A program made the translations under genes and the position numbers. A stretch of DNA of 29,824 nt from Octopus sinensis. Taxonomy: Eukaryota. The stretch is from positions 1-29,824 of the forward strand of contig NW_021832711.1 of NCBI RefSeq assembly GCF_006345805.1, given 5' to 3'. The number at the start of each line of letters is the position of its first letter. Position 1 is the stretch's first letter. The notes below the pieces were generated by a model. It had not been told where the DNA came from and searched no databases. It saw only the letters and a list, made by a program, of their open reading frames with translations. Below, one piece after another: positions 10,100 through 22,705 of the stretch.

Positions 10100-11495
10100 A
10101 CACTTTAACCTTCTTCATATTCCATAGCCTTGTTATTTCGTACTTAAGAGGGTAGTATCTCTCACTGTTTTCGCCTTCCTTTTTGACAATTCCCGAGTCG
10201 AAGGAGCATGCAGTATCAACTATATAGCACATAAGGTTAACCTTGTCCACTAACACCAGGTCCGGTCTGTCAAGCTCTAGCACCTGAACTATTTGGATTG
10301 GGGCATCCCAGAGGATTTTACTAGTCTCAGACACCTCCATGTTCCCCGTTATGTGCTCATTCCACATCTTGCCTCTCTCTAGTCCCCACTTTTCGCACAG
10401 TTTCCAATGTAACATGTTCAGTACCTGATTGTGTGGCCACAACTGGTAATGTTTTGGGGCAGGTCTAGGGCATTCTTTCGTGATATGAGCAATGGTTTCA
10501 TCGACTCTTTTACAGATTTCTCATTCCTAACGTTGACCCTGTGTTTCCTGGCCAAATCTTGGTCTTGGGCTGCCAGTATAGTGCTCTCTGTCTCTTTTAT
10601 TAGTGTTCCTTTCATCAGTCAATCCCACCTATTTATTCCAGCAAATTCTGTTATGGTTAGATGGAATTCATTGTGTAGGCCCTTGTTGCTTAATTCTTCA
10701 TGTCCTTTTTGTAGTTCCTCCTTTATTTCCCCTTTTGCTCCACTCTCAATACTCCTTCATCCTTAATTGTCATTAGCAAGGTTTCCTTTCTTTCGGTGAG
10801 GTATCTCATTAAGCTCTCGACTTCGATAAGCACTCAGTCTTCCACACTTATCAATCCGCTTCCTCCATTTGCTCTCTTCATGTATTGGCGATCAGTGTCC
10901 ACACATGGAGGATGGGCTCCATGCAACGTTAGGAGCTTTCTAGACTTCATGTCAATCACCTTAAACTTCTCCTCTGTCACAGGGTACGATCATGTCAATC
11001 AATTTACGGACTATATTGTTTTGGTCTTTCACAACAATATCTGATTTATTTGCTTTGAGGGTCTGATCTGTACAACTGCAAAGTCCAAAAGAATAGTTAT
11101 ATTTTCTGGCTCATTTACAGCCACAGGGTGGTGCTTATACCATTTGTCAAGTTTTTATTTTATAGTGCCAACACATTATCCAATGTAGATATTGACCAAC
11201 CCTGTCATTTCCTGATTTGTACACTACAGGTGCTAAAACTTTACACCCAGACATTAGCTGGTCCACTGTATCAATCTCACCTTTAGCCCTGATCTCTGTA
11301 GACACGAATAGTTGTGATTCTGGTTTACATCAGCTTTTTTGCTATGGGCCACATATTTGCCATGCTGAAGTTTTTCTTCCCACCCATCAGCCAATTGTTC
11401 AAACGCATTTGACTTTGCTATTGATTTCACCTTCTTTGCAACTACAGCTTCCGCACTTCCATCATGCTGTTCAACCTGATTATTATGCATAGACT
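10100..11495 (-). mobile_element. Decayed R4/Dong-like (RLE) LINE composite of two fused fragments, copy 1
   Basis: Motifs WEEKLQHGKY, TVDQLMSGCKVLA...YLHW, KWYKHHP, YMKRANGG.GLISVED, KETESTILAAQDQ, LHWKLC, RPDLVLVDK...IVDTAC (PD-(D/E)xK nuclease), YYPLKYEITRLW; stops and frameshifts. Confidence 0.82.
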
Positions 11496-12236
11496 CACTA
11501 ATATTATTATCATCATTATCCTTATTATGCACACAACAGATTAGACGCTTGCAAAAGTAGGATTTCCTATATCGGGCAAATATGACAAATATGACAAATA
11601 TGACAAATATTCACCTGTCCCGTTTCTTTCCATAAATCAGACAGTCCTCCAGTTTTCAGTGACTAGCAGATAAGCGATTAGCTTTTAACCCAGACAGAAC
11701 GGAGGCTATGCTTTCAGATATTTTCTTATCATGTTTTAAGAATAACTCAATACGTTTACCATTAATTCCGAGAAATTCTCACGTACAAGTAAGCATTGCT
11801 AGCAATAAGTTTCAACGCAACGCATAGTAACGACGCAGTACTTTTCCTAATAATGACATGGGAACGAATCTCCTCACAGCATCCGGGCCACAGACAGATA
11901 TCCAGTGATTGTGCATTTATTTAATGCTTGTCTGTGGCTCGTACGCGGCTGCCTAGTGTTAACCTGGCTTGCTTTATCAGTATAAAGAAGAACCAAAGAA
12001 ATCACTCATTGATTTCATAAATGATACAATGTGAAATTATAAATAATAAAGGTGGCTTATTCGCAAATTTGCAAAAAAAAGCAGAACAATAGACCCGACT
12101 AAAGTGACTAAGGGCACCACATGTAGGATTTGTCATCCTCCACAATCATTGTATTAAAGCCACTTAAGAAACTCATACAACACATGGAATGCGCTTAATG
12201 TTTCCTCACAAGAAATTATCTTAAAGTGATTCCTAC

Positions 12237-12287
12237 CTTCATAGGGTACCAGAACATATTCACTCCTGTCGAGTAATTGACCATTCT
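12237..12287 (-). CDS. Cytoplasmic micro-exon class N, copy 1 (51 nt, phase 1-1): (E)NGQLLDRSEYVLVPYE
   Basis: ctgtcttatttgtttccag|AGAATGGTC...CCCTATGAAG|gtaggaatca. Open frame; SEYVLV fits the ITIM consensus (S/I/V/L)xYxx(I/V/L). Confidence 0.75.
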
Positions 12288-13329
12288 CTGGAAACAAATA
12301 AGACAGGGACAGACATTAAAGAAAATTATGAATAATTCAAATTTATTCAATATGTGTGTGTGTGTGTGTGTGTGTGTATAACATGCTATAATACAATGTA
12401 TATCTATACATATAAATTGGACATGGGCGATTCTTTCCTGTATACTCCACACACACACAGACCATTACATTCACACACACACACATACACAATAAATATA
12501 CACTCACTCATACTGAGAAACGTATGCGCGCGTTCACACATACATACATGCACACACATGATTATATACCCATACGCAAACATATGGATGTACGCTTGCG
12601 CACCTTCACTTTAAACGTTCTACAGTGCATCCAAATGCACCCCAATTATTAGGAGACCCCCATTTAATAGGAAAGCCTCACATACTGACATACCACATCT
12701 GGTATTTGTTCATGGAAGAATTCAATCTTCTCCGTGTCTGTTTAACTACAACGTTTCCTGCTCCGCTGAACTAAATATAGAGGCCAGCGGAAAACACCAA
12801 AACTTCCTGAGCTTCTAAGGACTCCTTATAAGGAGCGCAAATCCACACAAGCATACACTTTATACTTGTAAGTATGCATGAGAGTGCAAGCAGCTTACAA
12901 TAATGAACTTTTACTTATTATCTTTTTGTTGTTTTTGCTTTTTGAAAATTTCATTTATTTCTTTCAATTTTTGTTTAATTTTTTGATTTTTATTGAATCT
13001 TGGTTGTATTGTTTTTTTTGTTTTTTGTTTTTTTGTTGGTTAGTTATTTTTAGCGTTTTGACAGAAAAATGTCATTCTAAAATTGTTTTTTAACGTAAGC
13101 GTGCCCAAGCAAGTCGAATGCTTACACAGAGCGGGTTTTACAGCCACATCATCCAATCTGCTAGTTTTAACATAAAGTACATACAAATTTAATCAATCTG
13201 AGAAAGTTAATAGAAATTATGCATCGTTTTTTTTTCTACTGTGCGGCGAAGTCAGGTAATTATTGTCGAGGCTCGTTTGTGACCGACTCAACATTTATTT
13301 AGGTCAAGGACGTTTACTGCTTGAAAATT

Positions 13330-13425
13330 GGAGTCTTGGCAGCACTTCAGCTGGTCACCTCTGTCAAACCGTCTAACGCATGCCAGCATGGAAAGCTGAT
13401 GTTAAATTATGAAGATGATGATGAG
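13330..13425 (+). mobile_element. Short diverged SINE/RTE tail fragment at the end of duplication unit B1
   Basis: aaaccgtctaacgcatgccagcatggaaagctgatgttaaattatgaagatgatgatg. Confidence 0.65.
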
Positions 13426-13466
13426 GTAGAGTATACTGGACGATATTAGCTAAAGTGATAAAGAAT

Positions 13467-14945
13467 TTCATTTCATTTCATTTGAGTTTGAGTCCATGCT
13501 CAGGCCAAGTCGAAGACTCCACCCTCAGAGTCTGGTGTGGTTACCAGGTTGTATTCTCTGTTTAATTTTGACATGTGTAGGAGCGAGTTTGAGTCAGTTT
13601 GTGCTCGTTGTGTATATCCTGGGAGATGGGGTTCATCTCTAATGGTGCTTAAGTATCTATCCAGCTGCAATTTGAATGATTCCACACTGCATCCTGATAG
13701 ATTTCTGACATGTACCGGAATGGAGTTGAATAGGTTGTGCTCCTCGAACCAACAGACTTGATTCTCGCAGGGTTTTTGCTGCCTGGCCAGCCTTTTTGTT
13801 GATTGGTGGCAGCTGGCAGCGTCTTCCGTGGCGCAGTGAGTGGTAGGTTTGATACCAAAGTTTGGCACCTTCTGCTCTATCATTTTCCAAATGTATATAA
13901 TTCGGTATCGCTCAAATCTTCTTTCTATTGAGTACATCCTCGGTTTTGAGTCTTTGCCAATAGTCCAGGTCCCTCGTTTCTGAGAAGTATGAGGTAAAAT
14001 TTCTTTGGAGCGATTCCATCTAGATAGTTGGCCCTTTGTTGTTGGTGACCACAACTGAGAACAGTAGTCAATCCTCGGAAGTATCATACTGTTCCAGAGG
14101 GTTTTCATTGTTGTGGTATCTCTTGATTTGAAGGTGCGAAGATCCACCCGCTGTACTTTCTTGCAGTAAGACAGACTGAGTCAAGGTGTTCTCTGAATTT
14201 TAGGTTGGTTCCCATGTGGATGCCTAAATCTTTCACATACTGTTTTTCCATTATTTGTTGTCCTGATGGTTTCTGTAGTTTGTTGTATTTTTCAGATCTT
14301 GATCTGTTCCGTACGAATTAGTTCAAACTTCTTATCATTGAACAACATGTTTGTTTGTTTTTTCCTGCCATTTATATGGTGGTCAGGTCCTTTTGTAAGG
14401 CCTCTGTATCCACCTCGTCTTTGATTTGTCTCATGACCCTGGTGTCATCAGCAAAGGATGAGACGTTGCGGGTTGTATCTTCATCTATGTCGAGATGAGG
14501 ATGAGAAACAGATTGGCCGAGTACTGTACCCTGAGAACACTGCTGGTCACAGGTGATGGTGTTGAATGGGTTCCATTCACAGTGACTGTTTTGAGTTCTA
14601 TTTGTAAGGAACTCATGTATCCATGTACCAACTTTTCCTCCTACTCCTAGCTTTCGAAGTTTGGACCCATGATGCCATGATCTACCTTGTCAAATGCCTT
14701 GGCAAAGTCGAGGTAAATAACATCTGTGTTGTATCCATCCTCTAGATTTTCTAGGATTTGGTCATGGTGTTCCAGTAGTTGGGAAAGACATGATCTACCT
14801 AACCTGAATCCCGCTGGTGCAATTCATCATGTTGGATTCCAGGAACTCAACCATTTTCCACGAACTATTCTTTCGAAGACCTTGATAATGTGTGATGTCA
14901 GTGAGATTGGTCGGTAGTTCTTTGGTTTTGATTTGCTGTCCCTGA
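13467..14945 (-). mobile_element. 5'-truncated CR1-group LINE (RT pseudogene)
   Basis: NYRPISLTSHIIKVFE, DVIYLDFAKAFDKVDHG, QGTVLG, FADDTR, LPRIDYCSQLWSP, LFNSIP; (AAATG)n-type 3' tail near 13467-13485. Confidence 0.88.
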
Positions 14946-15096
14946 AATGGATTATTTTTTAAATGAGGAACATGTATTACAGGTAGGATGTGTCAGCGTC
15001 AACAATCATTGCCATAAAACGACAGAAAAACCTGATGCAAAAGTTGGAATTCTCTTGATATTGCCTCGCATGAATTTAATTTTAAATGACACCTAC

Positions 15097-15147
15097 CTTC
15101 ATTTGATACTGGTCTGGAATCAGCCTCCTCTAATATTATGCTAGGCC
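15097..15147 (-). CDS. Cytoplasmic micro-exon class P (51 nt, phase 1-1): (G)PSIILEEADSRPVSNE
   Basis: ctgtcttatttatcgttag|GGCCTAGCA...TCAAATGAAG|gtaggtgtca. Same length, phase and flanking intron motifs as classes N and T. Confidence 0.72.
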
Positions 15148-15549
15148 CTAACGATAAATAAGACAGGGACAGACATTTAACAAATATTAAACAATGAACA
15201 TTTAGCAATATTTATAATAAAGTTTATAATAACATGAATGTTTTAACATGCAATTTTAACCAACATTCAGAAAGTTAATGAAAATTTTTTAAAAACTGAA
15301 GAAAATCTACATTTTGAAATGGCTGGCGAGTATAAAAAATATAGTTAAGGCTTGATTCAGCTCGACTCAACTTTTGTTTGGTCAAGCACTAAAGGTTTTC
15401 ACCAGTAGCTTTTATCGTTTAATTCATTCATTATTTTCTTAACCCATGAAGAAATCATATTGCCAAATGTGTTATGAGGAGGTCAATAAGGAATGCATGA
15501 TTAAATGTCAAGATATCAAATGAATCTTTTTCAAAAGTATTGATTCTAT

Positions 15550-16945
15550 TTAACACTTTAACCTTCTTCATATTCCATAGCCTTGTTATTTCGTACTTAA
15601 GAGGGTAGTATCTCTCACTGTTTTCGCCTTCCTTTTGACAATTCCCGAGTCGAAGGAGCATGCAGTATCAACTATATAGCACATAAGGTTCACCTTGTCC
15701 ACTAACACCAGGTCCGGTCTTCAAGCTCTAGCACCTGAACTATTTGGATTGGGGCATCCCAGAGGATTTACTAGTCTCAGACCCCTCCACGTTCCCCGTT
15801 ATGTGCTCATTCCACATCTTGCCTCTCTCTAGTCCCCACTTTTCGCACAGTTTCCAATGTAACATGTTCAGTACCTGATTGTGTGGCCACAACTGGTAAT
15901 GTTTTGGGGCAGGTCTAGGGCATTCTTTCGTGATATGAGCAATGGTTTCATCGACTCTTTTACAGATTTCTCATTCCTAACGTTGACCCTGCGTTTCCTG
16001 GCCAAATCTTGGTCTTGCGCTGCCAGTATAGTGCTCTCTGTCTCTTTTATTAGTGTTCCTTTCATCAGTCAATCCCACCTATTTATTCCAGCAAATTCTG
16101 TTATGGTTAGATGGAATTCATTGTGTAGGCCCTTGTTGCTTAATTCTTCATATCCTTTTTGTAGTTCCTCCTTTATTTCCCTTTTTGCTCTGCTCTCAAT
16201 ACTCCCTCATCCTTAATTCTCATTAGCAAGATTTCCTTTCTTTCGGTGAGGTATCTCATTAAGCTCTCGACTTCGATAAGCACTCAGTCTTCCACACTTA
16301 TCAATCCGCTTCCTCCATTTGCTCTCTTCATGTATTGGCGATCAGTGTCCACACATGGAGGATGGGCTCCATGCAACGTTAGGGGCTTTCTAGACTTCAT
16401 GTTAATCACCTTTAGCTTCTCCTCTGTCACAGGGTACGATCATGTCAATCTATTTACAGACTATATTGTTTTGGTCTTTCACAACAATATCTGGTTTATT
16501 TGCTTTGAGGGTCTGATCTGTACTACTGCAAAGACCAAAAGAATAGTTATATTTTCTGGCTCATTTACAGCCACAGGGTTGTGCTTATACCATTTGTCAA
16601 GTTTTAAGTTTATAGTGCCAACACATTATCCAATGTAGATATTGACCAACCCTGTCATTTCCTGATTTGTACACTACAGGTGCAAAAACTTTACATCCAG
16701 ATATTAGCTGGTCCACTGTATCAATCTCACCTTTAGCCCTGATCTCTGTAGACACGAATAGTTGTGATTCTGGTTTACATCAGCTTGTTTGCTACGGGCC
16801 ACATATTTGCCATGCTGAAGTTTTTCTTCCCACCCATCAGCCAATTGTTCAAACGCATTTGACTTTGCTATTGATTTCACCTTCTTTGCAACTACAGCTT
16901 CCGCGCTTCCATCATGCTGTTCAACCTGATTATTATGCATAGACT
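15550..16945 (-). mobile_element. Decayed R4/Dong-like LINE composite, copy 2
   Basis: Paralog of 10100-11495 within unit B2. Confidence 0.82.
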
Positions 16946-17635
16946 CACTAATATTATTATCATCATTATTTTTATTATACACACAACAGATTAGGCTCTT
17001 GCAAAAGTAGGATTTCCGATATCGGGCTACAACATGACAAATATTCACCTGTCACGTTTCTTTCCATAAATCAGACAGTCCTCCAGACAGAACGGAGGCT
17101 GAGCTTTCAGATATTTTCTTATCATGTTTTAAGAATAACCCAATACGATTACCATTAATTCCGAGAAATTCTCACGTACAAGCAAGCATTGCTAGCAATA
17201 AGATTCAACGCAATGCATAGTAACGACGCAGTACTTTTCCTAATAATGACATGGGAACGAATCTCCTCACAGCATCCGGACCACAGACAGATATCCAGTG
17301 ATTGTGCATTTATTTAATGCTTGTCTGTGGCTCGTACGCGGCTGCCTAGTGTTAACCTGGCTTGCTTTATCAGTATAAAAGAAGAACCAAAGAAATCACT
17401 CATTGATTTCATAAATGATATACAATGTGAAAATTATAAATAATAAAGGTGGCTTATTCGCAAATTTGCAAAAAAAAAGCAGAACAGTAGACCCGATAAA
17501 GTGACTAAGGGTCCAACATGTAGGATTTGTCATCCTCCACAATCATTGTATTAAAGCCACTTAAGAAACTCATCCAACATTTATGCAATGCGCTTAATGT
17601 TTCCTCACAAGAAATTATCTTAAAGTGATTCCTAC

Positions 17636-17683
17636 CTTCATAGTTTACCGGAACATATCCATGCTTGAGTAATTGACCATTCT
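17636..17683 (-). CDS. Cytoplasmic micro-exon class N, copy 2 (48 nt, phase 1-1): (E)NGQLLKHGYVPVNYE
   Basis: ctgtcttatttgtttctag|AGAATGGTC...AACTATGAAG|gtaggaatca. Frame preserved despite a 3-nt length difference from the paralog at 12237. Confidence 0.75.
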
Positions 17684-17761
17684 CTAGAAACAAATAAGAC
17701 AGGGACAGACATTAAAGAAAATTATGAATAATTCAAATTTAATCAATATATATAGATATAT

Positions 17762-17844
<83 letters not shown>

Positions 17845-17970
17845 ATATATATAACGTGCTATAATACAATGTATATCTATACATATAAATTGGACATGGG
17901 CGATTCTTTCCTGTATATTTTCTTGTCTTGGGATTCACGGTCAAACAGCTGGATGGAATTGCGCGAAAAA

Positions 17971-18113
17971 TTAATGTGTAGAATGAGCCGGTGGTGTTGC
18001 TTGGCTTTGTGTTTCTTCCGTAGCTCCCATGGTTACCGAGATAATTGTATCTATATGCTTGGCTTTTCTTATCATTTTATCCCGCAATGGTAAATATTTT
18101 ATCGGAGACAACT
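17971..18113 (-). CDS. Candidate phase-1 exon (possibly terminal): (E)LSPIKYLPLRDKMIRKAKHIDTIISVTMGATEETQSQATPPAHSTH*
   Basis: ttttcag|AGTTG acceptor with a poor pyrimidine tract. Only the phase-1 frame stays open (47 codons). An internal donor TCG|gtaacc at 18037 would give a 77-nt phase 1-0 exon. Confidence 0.25.
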
Positions 18114-19434
18114 CTGAAAATATTTTATCTTATTATTTCCCTTAATTTTGGTATTCGCTCTTCTCCATTGTATTTATTTAAATCTGATCGAACAGATTAA
18201 GTTTTTATCTTTTCAAAAATAATTAGTAGTTATCGATCAGCAATCACTCTTATTTATCGTTTTCACTGCACTCACCGTTCTTTTACAAAAAATGACGTGA
18301 TGCAATGCTGCTTTATAAGGATAATATGAACACGCTACTCCACACACACACAGACTATTACATACACACACACACATAAATATATGTTCACGCATACTGA
18401 GAAACGTATGCGCGCGTTCACACATACATACATACATGCACACTCATGATTATATACCCATACGCAAGCATATGGATGTACGCTTGCGCACCTTCACCTT
18501 AAACATTCTACAGTACATCCAAGTGCACCCCAATTATTAGGAGACCCCCATTTAATAGGGAAGCCTCACATACTGACATACCACATCTGGTATTTGTTCA
18601 TGGAAGAATTCAATCTTGTCCGTGTCTGTTTAACTACAACGTTTCCTGCTCCGCTGAACTAAATATAGAGGCCAGCGGAAAACCCCAAAACTTCCTGAGC
18701 TTCTAAGGAATCCTTATAAGGAGCGCAAATCCACACAGGCATACACTTTATAATTGTAAGTAAGTATGCATGAGAGTGCAAGCAGCTTACAATAATGAAC
18801 TTTTACTTATTATCTTTTTGTTGTTTTTGCTTTTTGAAAATTTCATTTATTTCTTTCAATTTTTGTTTAATTTTTTGATTTTTATTAAATCTTGGTTGTA
18901 TTGTTTTTTTTGTTTTTTTTTTTTGTTGGTTAGTTATTTTTAGCGTTTTGACAGAAAAATGTCATTCTAAAATTGTTTTTTAACGTAAGCGTGCCCAAGC
19001 AAGTCGAATGCTTACACAGAGCGGGTTTTACAGCCACATCATCCAATCTGCTAGTTTTAACATAAAGTACATACAAATTTAATCAATCTGAGAAAGTTAA
19101 TAGAAATTATTCATGGTTTTTTTTCTACTGCGCGGCGAAGTCAGGTAATTATTGTCGAGGCTCGTTTGTGACCGACTCAACATTTATTTGGGTCAAGGAC
19201 GTTTACTGCTTGAAAATTAAATTAAATTAATAATTGTTTTCTCAAATTCTAAAGACATCATATTTGCCAATAAGCAATACCTTATTAAATGGCAGGATAT
19301 CAAACGAATCTTTCTCGAACGCGTTGCTTATATTGAATATTCTAGCGTCAGGTTCCAAATAAACTGTCTTATACCCGTCTAATGCCCGTCGGTCCGGCTA
19401 GTCTTATAAAATTATGATTCAATGTGAAAATATT

Positions 19435-19885
19435 TCATTATTGTTGTTGTCGCTGTTGTTGTTGCCTTTGCACAGCTTCTAACGCTAGAGGTATACTACG
19501 GTGTTAGCTGTTCACTACCAGTGAACTAAGATAACACCTCTTATTTTTCGAGCACCTTCCGGAGTATTCGAGCGGTTCCAAGCAGTGCTGTTTTCTGCAA
19601 GTGCTCCACCCTTATTGCAGCCCCTGTATGCATAAATATAGCACACATGTGAACGTGTAAGCGTGTTGTCTATCAGATGTGACACATTGCCGGTTACAAT
19701 ACACATAGGCATTCTTTTAGCCTACACATGATGTCACGCCCGATGGCTAAGTGAGCCCCTGACAGAAAGTGGGGGCTGGTAGAATGTAGGACTGAAAAAC
19801 ACAGCGTGCTGCCCAATCTGGGAATCAGAACGTAGATCTAGCGATAGTGAGTGCAAAACTTAAGCATTTGGCCACGCTCCTTTAC
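19435..19885 (-). mobile_element. Duplicate of the SINE at 1262-1712
   Basis: Identical at offset 18173. Confidence 0.55.
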
Positions 19886-19895
19886 AAAAGAATAG

Positions 19896-19938
<43 letters not shown>

Positions 19939-20061
19939 TGTGTGTGTCTGTGTGTGATTATGTTTGAGTATGTATACATACATACATACATGAATACATT
20001 CATATATATATGCACATACATACGTATATATATAAATACATATGTGTGTGTGAGCATATGA

Positions 20062-20114
<53 letters not shown>

Positions 20115-20502
20115 TATAAAAAGTAAAAGTAAAAGTAAAAGAATCAAAAAGAAGAGTAAGTCCAGTTAGGCAGCTTTTTAATCCCTACTAATATATCGAT
20201 ACATACAGATGTTCGTATATGCAGTATTTAAAGTTACATTTAAATAACTTTTTGTAACGATTTACCTGTATAAGAAGATCTATATGTATCTCCTCAGGCG
20301 ATACTCAGTTGGTGTCCCCATTAAGTAATTCTAGATTTCCATGCTACAGCATCCATTATGACTAGAATTGCTAGCATATCATACGAATACTACCGGCTAT
20401 TTTGGGAATTCTAAGGGTGAACGAGCTCTATTTGTACTCGTATACGTTCTTAATAGAACACACCTCAACTGACTATATATGAATATATATACTTATATAT
20501 AT

Positions 20503-21386
20503 TGATAAAACGGTAAGATAACAAAAGAAAGAAAGAGACCTCAATATTATGTAAATAGAGGAAATTTATCTATACAATAATATGTTACTTTACTCGGTAG
20601 TCAAGATAAAACTCTGAGTTTCAGATGCCGAAGTGGAAATCCACAACACCATCTCTTCGGTTATCTGGCTATTTGAAAACGCTATGAAAAAATACCGTTA
20701 AATAAAGGGAAATTACTGTCTTATAACTCTGCTTGCCTGCGTACTTATACATCGCTCGTATTTTTCGTCATAAAAATTATATAAAAATACATAAAAAATA
20801 TATAAAAATATATAAATATATATAAATTCTTCTTGGGACATAACATAGAAAGCATGTTCTATCTGTTTTCTTTAGGGGACCAAGAACGTAACAGAAATTT
20901 AGTCACATGTGGGCATGATCCGAAAAGCTCTGTCCTTGTATTTAGACATGTAGTAGGGTCTAAGCTGCTTTTCCAGATAAGCCATCTCTCCATGTCGCAT
21001 AGACCGCACCTTCCGCTGCCGTTGGTATAGGGCTTACATCTGGCCAAAATCTTCCATTGTATGTTATAATCGACACCTTTATCTCTTAAAGACCAAATAT
21101 GATTAGATAATTGTGTCGCTTTTCTTTTGTTCCAGTGCCTAAAGCTCAAAGTGTGGTTATTGAACCTGGCCTTGAAATTACCCTCTGTAAGGCCCACGTA
21201 TTTCTTCGTCGAAACGGTGTCTTTAGTGGTTATAGAGTTTGGCCAGATGTAAGCCCTATACCAACGGCAGCGGAAGGTGCGGTCTATGCGACATGGAGAG
21301 ATGGCTTATCTGGAAAAGCAGCTTAGACCCTACTACATGTCTAAGACAGTAATTTCCCTTTATTTAACGGTATTTTTTCATAGCGT
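20503..21386 (-). mobile_element. Duplicate Penelope-like fragment
   Basis: Identical at offset 18173 (ORF 20859-21197). Confidence 0.88.
20604..20666 (-). ncRNA. Duplicate hammerhead motif
   Basis: Identical at offset 18173. Confidence 0.62.
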
Positions 21387-21409
21387 TTACTTATATATAT
21401 ATATATATA

Positions 21410-22392
21410 TAAACGAGAAAAGAAGCAACAAGAATGGATTAGTTTTTAGTACAATTGTTTCATACAGACAGGCTTATTAAAAGTTGCAAATATTGCAGCA
21501 GATATGTATTTCCCTTAATGATAGCCTTTGACCCCTCAATCCCTTACCCTGTTCTCTCTTTAGATTCTCATATCTGCTTTAGCTACTTCAGGTTGGCAAT
21601 TAATAGCTGTTTACTGGTCAAAAATAATATTCTCCTTATAGTTCTTAGATTCCTGCAAATTCTAAGCCAGCCTGACCGTCTCCATATTTAAGAGACTTTT
21701 TTTCTGTGTAGGGCGTTACCTGCGACCCCTTCCCTCTCAGTTGTCACAGTATACTCTATGTGGGCGTTTTTTTCTTTTTTCTTTTTTCTTTTTTCTTTTT
21801 TCTTTCTTCTTTTTTCTTTTTTCTTCTTCTCTTTTTCTTTTTTTCTTTTTCTTTCTTTTCTTTTTTCTTTTCTTCTCTTTCCTTTTCTTTTCTTTGCTCC
21901 ACAAAATTCCTTCAGCCTTTAGAAGTCATACCATAGCAGTTTTGTGAAGAGAATAGTAATGTGGCAAATACCTTATCATATAGCATGAAATTATACCCAC
22001 CTCATTGTGGATTAACCATGGATAAATTCATCGTCTGTGAGTATGAAATACCTCCTCATATCTCTGGAAATTTACACCTACACTATGGATGGATTAAACT
22101 TCTCTGTGAAGCTAATAAGCTTTTTTAAAACCTGTGATAAGACTGTGCATCATCATTAAAGAACTTTGGAAGTCTGTTTACAACCTGAATCTGCTTTTAA
22201 TGAAATTATCTCCAATACTTCATGAGTGTAGCCTCACCCACTAAGATGTTTGGAGAACTCATATGTGTTTTAGCTGATGAGTACGGGACACTTTTATCTG
22301 CTGCAATATTTGCAACTTTTAATAAAGCCTGTCTTTGTATGAAACAATTGTACTAAAAACTAATCCATTCTTGTTGCTTCTTTTCTCGTTTA
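21410..22392. mobile_element. Duplicate of the TIR element at 3237-4219
   Basis: Identical at offset 18173. Confidence 0.8.
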
Positions 22393-22500
22393 TAATCACC
22401 CCACATTACTGTATTGGTTAACACCATATAGTCTTCTGGTGCATCTAAGTTAAGTACCGCATTCAAGTGAATTCATTAGAATTGACTTGAATCTTAATTG

Positions 22501-22544
<44 letters not shown>

Positions 22545-22705
22545 CACGCACACACACACACAGACACACACACACACACACATATATATATGTACACACG
22601 ATGGAGTGGACAGACGAACGAAGGGCACTCAACCAATATATTGGGAGTTACATGAATGGATCTTGATATTCAAGCGTGATCCTAGTCGTCAACCATTTTG
22701 AATTT

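Larger units (their letters stand above)
9781..13329. repeat. Nested segmental duplication unit B, copy 1 (RLE LINE fragments plus micro-exon N1)
   Basis: Colinear with 15233-19218 (initial offset ~5450); shared ends catgaatgttttaac and gtttactgcttgaaaatt; a few percent divergence plus indels by eye. Confidence 0.95.
15233..19218. repeat. Nested segmental duplication unit B, copy 2 (RLE LINE fragments plus micro-exon N2); its tail recurs at 1-1045
   Basis: Same as copy 1 plus an extra ~418-bp segment (17918-18335). Confidence 0.95.

Noticed and set aside
10002-10442. 146-aa ORF as a host gene
   Set aside because: RLE-LINE endonuclease fragment reading through into cassette intron after KKVKV.
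11606-11790. Possible exon ending at ACAG|gtgaat (GINGKRIELFLKH...KLEDCLIYGKKRD)
   Set aside because: In-frame stop in B1, 41-bp frameshifting deletion in B2, and no good acceptor.
17505-17693. ORF-track 62-aa ORF MFLENGQLL... as a standalone gene (likewise 14999-15208 and 12216-12458)
   Set aside because: Only the 48-51-nt core between AG and GT is conserved as coding; the rest is intron read-through.
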